NCBI GenBank assembly: GCA_039028615.1
Contig: JBCCHT010000027.1
Coordinates: forward strand, 139,873 to 203,872
DNA length: 64,000 bases
Source of the DNA: Myxococcota bacterium
Lineage (GTDB): Bacteria > Myxococcota_A > Polyangia > Nannocystales > Nannocystaceae
Direction of reading: 5' to 3'
Shown: positions 29,639 through 37,400 of the stretch, piece after piece
How positions within the stretch are numbered: position 1 is the stretch's first letter
How the letters are laid out: every line of letters starts with the position of its first letter
Position numbers and translations under genes: made by a program
The notes under the pieces: model-generated
Databases searched by the model: none
What the model was told of the DNA's origin: nothing
The model's input: only the letters and a program-made list of their open reading frames with translations

Positions 29639-31251
29639 CTCAGCACCTCTCGATCTGCCCTCGGGGGCAGCGACGTCATGCGCAGTAGCGCATCGATCAC
29701 ACGCTTCGGCTCGTGGTCGAGCATGGCTCGCAGCAGCGAGATTCCGGACGCGTCCGGCTTGGTCATGGGTAGGGTGGGCACCAGTCCCGGCGCCAGCTCT
29801 CGCACCCCCGAGGTCTCTGCCGCGACCACGGGATTGATATGGACGATCGGAGCCCGAATGCCGATCCGCTTCAGGTGCGCGCACACGTCCGCGAACCTCC
29901 CGGCGGGAGCGTTCTCGTAGCCGTCGGAGATCACGTAGATCACGTCGGGCCGCAGTCGGAGCATCTGCAGCAAAGCGCTGGCGAGGTTGGTCTCGCCCTG
30001 CGGACGAACGAGCCGGCCGAGGTCGGGATTCGCCACACCGCCCACGTAGCGCACATGCCCGTGACCGGCCGTGTGCAGCAGCATGTCTCGAGTCGCCAGG
30101 GCGGTGGCCATGGGCCGCAGCTTCTGAGTCGTCGAGCCGAACATGGACGCCGAGCCGTCGACGATGACCCCCACCGACTCGTAGTGGAACGGGAACTGAA
30201 GCGCGGCCTTGCGAGCCTTGTCGTCCAGCGCTCGCTCGATCGGCGAGGTCATGCCCATTTCGAATGCGTAGATGTAGAGCTTCACTGCCTCCAGTCGTGT
30301 CGGGTCCATCTCGACGTCGACACCAGCGTCCTTGGCCTGACGCTGCACGGCCATGCGTTGGCCGGCCGACATGCTTCCCTTGCTCAGCTCGAGGAGCTGA
30401 GCCTTGCCCACCTTCGAGTGGTAGGTCGCGGCGATGCCTTGTAGCACCTCGAGCGGCAGCCCCTGGCCCGCGGCCAGGTCGGTCTTTGCGGCTTGCGCCT
30501 TGTAGAAGACCGGGATGGACCATGCCGTACGCTCCGCGCCCAGGATGTAGGCCACGCACTCGCGCAGCCACGCGACGGGAGCCCTGGGCGCCCATCGGTC
30601 GACCTCCTCACGCAGGATCTTGTGTTCCTTGTCGCCGATGCGCGCCGGCTCCTTGCCGAGGATCGAGCGCAGGATGCCCGTCTTCCGCACGCCCCACGCG
30701 TGGGTCAGCGCCGTGCTGAGCTTGTCGCGGTACTTGACCGCCCACCAGTCCAGCGAGCGTGCCCGCAGGAGCGTCCGTAGTACGAGCTTCCGTGCCCGGT
30801 TGGTGTTGACCCGACCGGAGCCCAGCGACTCGTCCTTACCGCGCAGCGAGACCAGCAGCCGCAGCATTCGCGTGGCCGGTAGCTCGTGCAGCAGGTCGTC
30901 GACCAGAGCGAGTTCCTGCCCGGCGCTCACGATGGAGCCCGTGCCCATGCGCGGTCGCATGAGCAGGCTACGTACGCCGAGCTGACGCGTCCGGTCCGTC
31001 ACTCCGGGCAGAGTGAGGAACGCGGCGTACAGGCCACGATCCAGCGCGAGCATGTCCCCGTGGGACCTCTGCTCCGCCGCCCGGACCTCGCCCTCGTCGT
31101 TGTAGTGCGTCGCCCGGCCCAGCCCGGTTGCCGCGTGGTCGAGGAACGAGCGTACGACGTCGCGCACTCGCTCATCGGCCACCCCAACGGGCGTCGCCCA
31201 CGTGGGCGTCACGGCCTTGCGACTCAGCTCCGTGGTCTGCATCGTATCCAT
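29635..31251 (-). CDS. Ro60/TROVE-like protein: helical N-terminal region plus C-terminal vWA domain (538 aa)
   Basis: MIDAS VIVDGSASM...GETNL...ISDGYEN; basic helical N-terminal region; size and layout like Ro60; adjacent Y-like RNA. vWA is well supported; TROVE homology is inferred. Confidence 0.65.
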   Translation of the reverse strand: MDTMQTTELSRKAVTPTWATPVGVADERVRDVVRSFLDHAATGLGRATHYNDEGEVRAAEQRSHGDMLALDRGLYAAFLTLPGVTDRTRQLGVRSLLMRPRMGTGSIVSAGQELALVDDLLHELPATRMLRLLVSLRGKDESLGSGRVNTNRARKLVLRTLLRARSLDWWAVKYRDKLSTALTHAWGVRKTGILRSILGKEPARIGDKEHKILREEVDRWAPRAPVAWLRECVAYILGAERTAWSIPVFYKAQAAKTDLAAGQGLPLEVLQGIAATYHSKVGKAQLLELSKGSMSAGQRMAVQRQAKDAGVDVEMDPTRLEAVKLYIYAFEMGMTSPIERALDDKARKAALQFPFHYESVGVIVDGSASMFGSTTQKLRPMATALATRDMLLHTAGHGHVRYVGGVANPDLGRLVRPQGETNLASALLQMLRLRPDVIYVISDGYENAPAGRFADVCAHLKRIGIRAPIVHINPVVAAETSGVRELAPGLVPTLPMTKPDASGISLLRAMLDHEPKRVIDALLRMTSLPPRADREVLR

Positions 31252-31274
31252 CGTCTCGGTCTCCGTCGTCAGGG

Positions 31275-31429
31275 GATCGTTCGCAAAAAGCAGCCCGGGC
31301 CAAGGTCGGGGCCAACTATGGGTTCCAGAACAGGAATCGAACCTGCCCTCTTCGTTTCCAACGAAGTGCGCTCCAAATGCGCCATCTGTAATGGCTCCAG
31401 AGTCCCCGAGCTACTCTTTGCGATCGATC
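31275..31429 (-). ncRNA. Y-RNA-like ncRNA enclosing a full tRNA-like cloverleaf (anticodon GGA)
   Basis: Terminal stem GATCG-A-TCGCAAAGAGTAGCTCGGG / CCCGGGCTGCTTTTTGCGA-A-CGATC, internal loop with GACCTTG, inner stem TGGAGCCA/TGGCCCCG; cloverleaf at 31319-31391. Confidence 0.7.
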
Positions 31430-31439
31430 GTAGTTGTCG

Positions 31440-31469
31440 TGGAGACCCGAATTCAGCCTCGGGTCTCCA
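31440..31469. repeat. Perfect 11-bp inverted repeat (hairpin)
   Basis: TGGAGACCCGA-ATTCAGCC-TCGGGTCTCCA between tRNA-Ile and the Y-like RNA. Confidence 0.8.
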
Positions 31470-31487
31470 GCAATTTTCATCGTTCTA

Positions 31488-31564
31488 TGGTGGGCGCGGC
31501 AGGATTTGCACCTGCGACCTCTCGGTTATCAGCCGAGTGCTCCAACTCCCTGAGCTACGCGCCC
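31488..31564 (-). tRNA. tRNA-Ile(GAT)
   Basis: GGGCGCG/CGCGCCC-A-CCA; CTCGG-CT-GAT-AA-CCGAG; non-canonical T-loop TGCAAAT. Confidence 0.9.
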
Positions 31565-31633
31565 AGGGTAATCATCGCGGGCTCGTCGAGCGAGCCCATA
31601 CCGTACATGTCCATGATGTCCTCAATCTGTCTT

Positions 31634-31708
31634 TGGTACCGGGTGAGGGAGTCGAACCCCCAACCATCAGTGTGTAAAACTGCTGCTCTACCGTTGAGCC
31701 AACCCGGC
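31634..31708 (-). tRNA. tRNA-Val(TAC)
   Basis: GCCGGGT/ACCCGGT-A-CCA; loop TT-TAC-AC; T-loop TTCGACT; G27-A43 mismatch. Confidence 0.88.
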
Positions 31709-31760
31709 GTGGGTCCAGCGGGTCGCAATCCGGCGACCCTGCGTGGGACTCACGACGGTA

Positions 31761-31835
31761 TGGAGGGCGGTGCGGGATTCGAACCCGCGATCTCCTGGGT
31801 TGCAGCCAGGCGCCTTGCCACTCGACCAACCGCCC
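31761..31835 (-). tRNA. tRNA-Cys(GCA)
   Basis: GGGCGGT/ACCGCCC-T-CCA (U73); CCTGG-CT-GCA-AC-CCAGG; TTCGAAT. Confidence 0.92.
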
Positions 31836-31838
31836 TTG

Positions 31839-31909
31839 CGGCAGGTCGCCGGGGGATCGAACCCCGTCTCGTGGAGTTGGAGTCCACGGTCTCCTCCAGG
31901 AAGCGACCC
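31839..31909 (-). tRNA. tRNA-Trp(CCA) with shortened D-arm
   Basis: GGGTCGC/GCGACCT-G-CCG; CGTGGA-CT-CCA-AC-TCCACG; intact T-arm; only about 15 nt between acceptor and anticodon stems. Confidence 0.8.
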
Positions 31910-31987
31910 ATACGAACCGAAGTACGTACAACATCGCCAGGAGCGACCGAGGATGTGAAGTGGTTGGATCATCGTCCTCGTCCTTTT

Positions 31988-32063
31988 CGGTGGACCGGGT
32001 GGGAGTCGAACCCACGACCTTCTGCGTGCAAGGCAGTTGCTCTCCCAGCTGAGCTACCGGCCC
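31988..32063 (-). tRNA. tRNA-Ala(TGC)
   Basis: GGGCCGG/CCGGTCC with G3:U70 and A73; loop CT-TGC-AC; ends CCG. Confidence 0.92.
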
Positions 32064-32190
32064 ATGGGGGTCGCATGCCCTCCTGACCGGAGGGCCTACC
32101 TCGCGGCAGCGTCCTTTCGTGAAATGTTCATGATGTCACCCGTAAAAATTGGACAGTGGGTCAAGTTTGAAGAGATGAATTGGATCCCCT

Positions 32191-32265
32191 TGTCGGGGAT
32201 CGTTGGTTTCGAGCCAACGAATGGAGGCGTTTTCAGTGCCCTCTGTAGTCTCTTCGTAGTTCCCG
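32191..32265 (-). pseudogene. Degenerate tRNA-Phe(GAA)
   Basis: Loop CT-GAA-AA; T-arm GTTGG-CTCGAAA-CCAAC; acceptor with two mismatches; no proper D-stem; ends G-ACA. Confidence 0.6.
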
Positions 32266-32270
32266 TCGTC

Positions 32271-32403
32271 CGGTGGCGAGGGCTGGAGTCGAACCAGCAA
32301 ACTTCCGTTTTCGAGACAGACGCCTTTACCTGAAACCCCTCAGTAGCCCCCGGATCGCATCCGGGCCAGGTGTCGAGGGGTTGAACCATTTGGCTACCTC
32401 GCC
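32271..32403 (-). tRNA. Atypical 133-nt tRNA-like RNA, anticodon CGA (Ser), with ~50-nt hairpin insert in the D-loop
   Basis: GGCGAGG/CCTCGCC-A-CCG; D-stem GCC/GGC; TCTGT-CT-CGA-AA-ACGGA; 5-nt variable loop; GCTGG-TTCGACT-CCAGC; insert at 32334-32382. Confidence 0.8.
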
Positions 32404-32450
32404 GTATGTGATGTGCAGTTGATCGGGTCGTGAGAAGTGAAGTTCGTGAA

Positions 32451-32632
32451 GCCAACGATGGCCACACGGGCGTACGAAGCCCTCTCGGCGTAGGGCCGAG
32501 TCAGCGTGGCTCCGCGTGGAGCCAAAGCGTCGCGGGGGCTATGCCCTCGAGCGTCCCGATGCTCGTCGTATGAATGGATTCACACCGGGAGAACGCTCAA
32601 CACGCGACAATCTCGCCCGCAAGGCGGACGAG
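32451..32632 (-). promoter_or_regulatory. Structured leader/attenuator-like RNA element of the tRNA array
   Basis: 9-bp triloop hairpin 32612-32632; long hairpin 32529-32608 over the leader stop codon; CATCGTTGGC motif 32451-32460. Confidence 0.6.
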
Positions 32633-32692
32633 CGACCACAAGGCGGCGGCCTGGGCCGACGCTGGGGTCGAGATGTTCGTGAAACGTTCCAT
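32597..32692 (-). CDS. Putative leader peptide MERFTNISTPASAQAAALWSLVRLAGEIVAC (31 aa)
   Basis: Same end (I-x-x-C, TGT TGA GCG) and similar start context as the 19243 leader. Confidence 0.6.
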   Translation of the reverse strand: MERFTNISTPASAQAAALWSLVRLAGEIVAC

Positions 32693-32732
32693 GGCGTGAA
32701 CTCGTCGATCGCCCTTTGCAGGGCGTTTGAGA

Positions 32733-32760
32733 GATGTACACGAGATTTTTGAGTCGTCAA
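32733..32760 (-). promoter_or_regulatory. Candidate sigma70 promoter of the tRNA array operon
   Basis: TTGACG-N16-TACATC with upstream A-tract (AAAAAAAATGCACAAAT). Confidence 0.45.
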
Positions 32761-32883
32761 AGACATTTGTGCATTTTTTTTTCGCCGCGCACGAGGTGCG
32801 ACTATCCAAAACTCGAAGAGGCCACTCGAAATCGTGAGTTCCGCCTGAGCTTCGCCGCCCTACGATGGAGAGGTGGTGATGCC

Positions 32884-33696
32884 ATGGGCGACGATGCAAC
32901 CAACCGCTGGCTCTTTGCCGGCGATTCAACGCAGGCGCAATACTCCATGCGCCTTCGCCTTCAGGCGTTCCTGAGAGAACACCTGTCCCGGCACGGCTAC
33001 GAGCGAGCGCCGGGCGATCGAGTGGCCGATCGCAGCTTCGTGCTGGGACCTCCCGCGCGCTGGATTTGGATCGGCGACAGCTTCGACTCGCTCGATGGCG
33101 AGTACTGTCGGAACAGCCCGTCCGCATTGACCCATCAGCTCGACCTTCGACGCGCACTCGAGGCGCTCGGCCCCGATGCGGTGCATCCGGGGACGACCCC
33201 TCGCGCGAGCGGACCGGGAGAGCTCGCGCCCTTGCTCTCGCACCTGGGCCCGGTGGCCAAGGTGGAGATCTCGGACAGCTCGATCGTTCACATCGAGTTG
33301 TTCGAGCGCGGCCGCGAGATCGATCGCTTCGCCAACGGCGTGAACCCCTTCTACTGCTTCCCGGACGCGAAAAGGGCGGCGCCCTGGCGTGGGCATCCCG
33401 AGCGTTGGGAGCCTCTGCTCCGCCCCGGGCGAACCGTCGACGAACTTCGGGCCGCATGGACGCAGGCCATCGGACGCTGGCCGGAGGGCAGGTCGGCGAG
33501 TTGCGACACCATCACGGCAGCCTGCATCGAGCTGCTGGGGTTCAGCGAGCTCGTCGATCGGGGCTATACCTGGAATCCCGAGGGCCTCGACTACCGATAC
33601 ACGGCGTACCTGGATCCGGCGACACGTCATGCATGCTTCGAGCTGCACTTCCGTTGGCCGGGCAGCCCCGGCCGCGGCCGCTGGGACCGCGAGTGA
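32884..33696 (+). CDS. Hypothetical protein (possibly immunity-like)
   Basis: GAGGTG RBS before MGDDAT; VEISDSSIVHIELFERGREIDRF segment; no firm family. Confidence 0.55.
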   Translation: MGDDATNRWLFAGDSTQAQYSMRLRLQAFLREHLSRHGYERAPGDRVADRSFVLGPPARWIWIGDSFDSLDGEYCRNSPSALTHQLDLRRALEALGPDAVHPGTTPRASGPGELAPLLSHLGPVAKVEISDSSIVHIELFERGREIDRFANGVNPFYCFPDAKRAAPWRGHPERWEPLLRPGRTVDELRAAWTQAIGRWPEGRSASCDTITAACIELLGFSELVDRGYTWNPEGLDYRYTAYLDPATRHACFELHFRWPGSPGRGRWDRE

Positions 33697-33788
33697 CGGT
33701 GGGAACGCAGCGGCGGGACTCGGGCACACCTGCGGCGGATCAGCGGTGCTGGCTTACGCCGGTCATCGGTGGTGTAGTCCTGGTCGCG

Positions 33789-34409
33789 GTGAGACACGAA
33801 CGCCTCGACCCGACCGATGACACCTCCGCCACCGAGGTGTCCGACGTGCTCGCTCGCGCGTTCCAGAACGACGAGTTCTTCGTGCGTGCGTACGGGAACC
33901 CAAGCAACCGTACGCGAGCGCTTCGCGTGCTCTTCCGCGGGCTCGTCAGGCTGCACCTACCGCTGAACGCCTGCTTCGCAGCGTACGACGGAGATCAGAT
34001 CGTGGGCGCCAGCTTCTGGGCACCGTGCTCGTTTCACGCGGGATTCCTCGACAGCATCCGAGCGGGCATGGGCGGGCTGTTCCGGTATCCGATCTCACTG
34101 CTCCGCCTCATGCGCTGCGACGACCTTTACATCGGCGAGATGCAGCGCCGCGCGACGCCTGAGGCCCACTACCTCAACAGCATCGGCGTGCTCCCTGAAC
34201 ACCAGGGACGCGGCATCGGCAGTGCAATGCTGCGACACCAGCTCGAGGCCCTCGTCGATCCCACGGGCCTCGATGCGTGGCTGTGGACCAACAACGACCT
34301 CAACGAGCGACTCTATGGTCGCTTCGGCTTCGAGGTCGTGCACCGGGAGTCAATCCCCCCTCCTCGACCATTCACGGCCCGGCTGATGCACCGCGCTTTG
34401 GCGCGTTGA
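33789..34409 (+). CDS. GNAT family N-acetyltransferase (puromycin acetyltransferase-like)
   Basis: LARAFQND, HYLNSIGVLPEHQGRGIGSAML, NERLYGRFGF. Confidence 0.88.
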   Translation: MRHERLDPTDDTSATEVSDVLARAFQNDEFFVRAYGNPSNRTRALRVLFRGLVRLHLPLNACFAAYDGDQIVGASFWAPCSFHAGFLDSIRAGMGGLFRYPISLLRLMRCDDLYIGEMQRRATPEAHYLNSIGVLPEHQGRGIGSAMLRHQLEALVDPTGLDAWLWTNNDLNERLYGRFGFEVVHRESIPPPRPFTARLMHRALAR

Positions 34410-34437
34410 TCCCGAGGACCGACGGCGGATCTCGCCC

Positions 34438-37400
34438 TCAGTCTAGGCGAGCAGGATCGGGCAGGAACTTCACCCCCATCATCACCTGGTCGCTCCGAGG
34501 GTCGGCCAAGAGCCCCGCCCACTCCGCGAAGTACTGTCGCACGGGGCTTTGCAGAGTCAGCGCCTGTTCGATGAAGGTGGCCACGGTTTGGAGCGCGCCC
34601 TCATCGTCGAGGTTGCGCCCCGCGGCGATCAAGGCCTCCGAGGCTTCACGCACCCGGTCACCGCTGGCCGTCAGCGGCTCGATCCAGGGCCGAGTCTTGC
34701 CCTCGGGATTCGCGGACAGCGACGGTGTCCCCACGGTGAGCAGCTCCTGCCAGGTGTTCGCGCCCTCGGTCACGAATACCGAAGAATGGCGCTGGAACTG
34801 GGTCATCGCGTTGGTTCGACCGATGTGCACGAGCTCGACGGCCACATTCTCATCGGCGGCCGCATCGTCGTTGCGTGCGATGACCGTTCCGTCGGTGGTC
34901 TCGGCCGCGACGGTGTCATGGACTCCGCGCATCTCGTCGCCGAGCAACGCGACGACGAGTGGTTGGGCGAGCTGAAGCCGTCCGGCCACGCGCACCATCA
35001 CTCGCAGGAGCCCGGCGTAGTCGATCTGGGAGACGGATCCCCCGAAATACGCGGAGACGAGCGCAATTTCGGTATTCCGAGCCCGAGTGAGCACTGATCG
35101 CGGCACCGGATCCTGGGCAGCGATGGCCGCAGCGTCCTGATCCTCGGGGGGCAACGCCAGGCGGTAGACGGCCGTGCCGCCCGCGTCGCGTACTCTATCT
35201 TCCACGTCTACCGGATCGATGACGGTGTCTTGCCGAACCTGCATGACGTGCCCCGAGCGCCACAAGAAGGGCTGGAAGATCATGGCGGCGGGATGTTGCT
35301 CCGCGGTCATTCTTCGCAACACGGGCAACCAGTGACGGTCGAAGAAGGCCTCGGCGAAGTCCTCTCGAGCCATCTCTTCGTGGTCGGCAGCGATCAAGTC
35401 CATGGCACCGAACGCAGTCAATGTGCGGTCGACCGGAGGCTGGATGGCCAGCAGTTGGTCGTATTGAGCCAGGACCGCGCTGACATCTTGCCGCAGGACC
35501 CTGTCCCGCCAGGCTTCCTGGTTGTTCTGCAGTCGCGGATGATTGCCCGACCACTTGTGCCGTGCGCCCCATTCCGCAGCGGCGCCGCCGAATCCGGCCG
35601 GTCTTGGTTCCTCGAAGGGCTGCGGTTGTGCCCCGGGCCAGCAGTGCTGAGTCCAGAACTCCTGGATGTTCTCACCGAAGACCCGCTGTTCGGCCCCCGA
35701 GAGCCCGAGGTCGAGCTCACCCACCGGTCGACAGCGAACCTGTAGCTGGTGACGCCCGGCGGCGCCCGCTGGATACTGACCGTTCCATTCGTCGTGGTAG
35801 AGCGCGTACGAACGCACCGGGTCGTTCAGGTCTTCCTGCACCCCGAACTTCCGCGCGTAGATCCGAGTCTTCCGTTTGTTGTAGGTCAGGACGACCTCAC
35901 CACCGAACCCGATCCTCGCCAATCCGTCGAGCAGCTTGATCACTGCGGCTTGGTGACCGCTGCCGGGACCACCGAGATCGACGACGCTGATGCGATCGTA
36001 CTCGTCCAGGGGCTGCGTCACGCGGAATTCCACGACATCTGCGGCGTCTTCGAAGTCGACGATGTCGACCAACAGCTCGTGCCGCTGCTCGCCGGTCGTG
36101 GCCTGTCCCTCGATCCAGTAGCTGATCCCTTCGTCGTCCTCGATCGCGTCGGCCGGCAGATTGATCGGGAGATCGACGGGAGCTTCACCCTCTACGTGAT
36201 TCTGAAGCGGTGTCTCATTCCCGTTCACGTCGAAGGTCTCTGGAAACACCCGCACGGCCCCGGGACCATCGGTGCGAAGGCGAAGCGAGCACGGGGCATC
36301 GGGGGGATCCTTGACCAGCTGGACTCGCGCTCGATCCCACCACCAGGTGTCTTCGTTTTGCTGGTACAGCCGGCGCCCCGGGTCGCGTTTTTCGTCCTCG
36401 GGCAGCTGCTGCGCGGGATCGGAGGGGCCGGGCGTGCCCCCGTACACACACAGGGTGACGTCGGCCACCGTGAGCCGGAGTTCGTCCGCTTCATCGAGGT
36501 GTCCTACGAGACCCACGAAGAAACTGTTGTCGCGCGGCGCATCGCTGACGACCTTCCCTTCGAGCCAATAGCTCGGCACGACCTCATCGGGGCCCAGGTC
36601 GACGAGGAGCTCGGAGCCCAGGGGCTCTCCCCCCTTCTTCTCCTCGAAGATTTCGATGCCGTCTCCCACGGTGGTCAACCGGAGCTGCCCCGGCAACTCC
36701 GCGGGCAGGCAACGAGGCGTGACCTGCAGGCGAGCACGGGTCTTGTCGTCGTTTTGCCGAAGCACCACGCCGCCGGCCCCATGCATGACCTCGGGCGACA
36801 ACGTCAGGCCCGCGGCCGTCTTCGCGACCAGCTCCACCTTGGCCACCGTGAGGCTGCCGACCGCGTCCCCGGACACGCGATGAGTCGCCGATTCGAGCGT
36901 CCACTGCAGCTTCACTCCCTCGAGCTCGCTGGCGTCGACCGCTTCGATCTCGAGGTCGAGTCCCCCCGCCGGTACGGACTCCATGGTCACCGCGCCACCG
37001 TTCAAGGTCAGCGCTGCACCGGAGCGAACCAGTCGAATTCGATCGGTGCCCTGGGTCACTCGCAGCGTGCCCGTGCATCCCTCGGGCGAGGTCGGCTCCG
37101 CACCGAGAGTCAGTTTCACCCGAGGGCCCCCGACGACCGCAACCGGCTCGGCGAGCTGCATCCGGGCCGCGACGACCGGCGCCAGCGCGAAACGGACGAA
37201 GGTGATCTCCCCCGTCTGGACGGTTGCCGGGCTCCGAGCGGCGTGCGGGAGCTCGAACGCGTTCCGGCGCGGCTGCGGGACCGACACCACTTCGACCTCG
37301 TAGACTCCGTCGTCCAGCGGATCGACGCTCACCAGGCCTACGGCATCCGTGCGCTTTGTTTGTCCCGCAACTCGGACCTCGACGTCGCCGACCCCCGTGC

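Noticed and set aside
32271..32403. Group I/II intron or 8/4-9/3 allo-tRNA
   Set aside because: Insert is only about 50 nt with no catalytic core; the stems are canonical 7/5 with a short variable loop.
31202..32467. ORFs overlapping the tRNA array (31202-32086, 31572-32015, 31688-31972, 32037-32333)
   Set aside because: Translations of tRNA sequence (ESNP/FEP patterns derive from T-loops).
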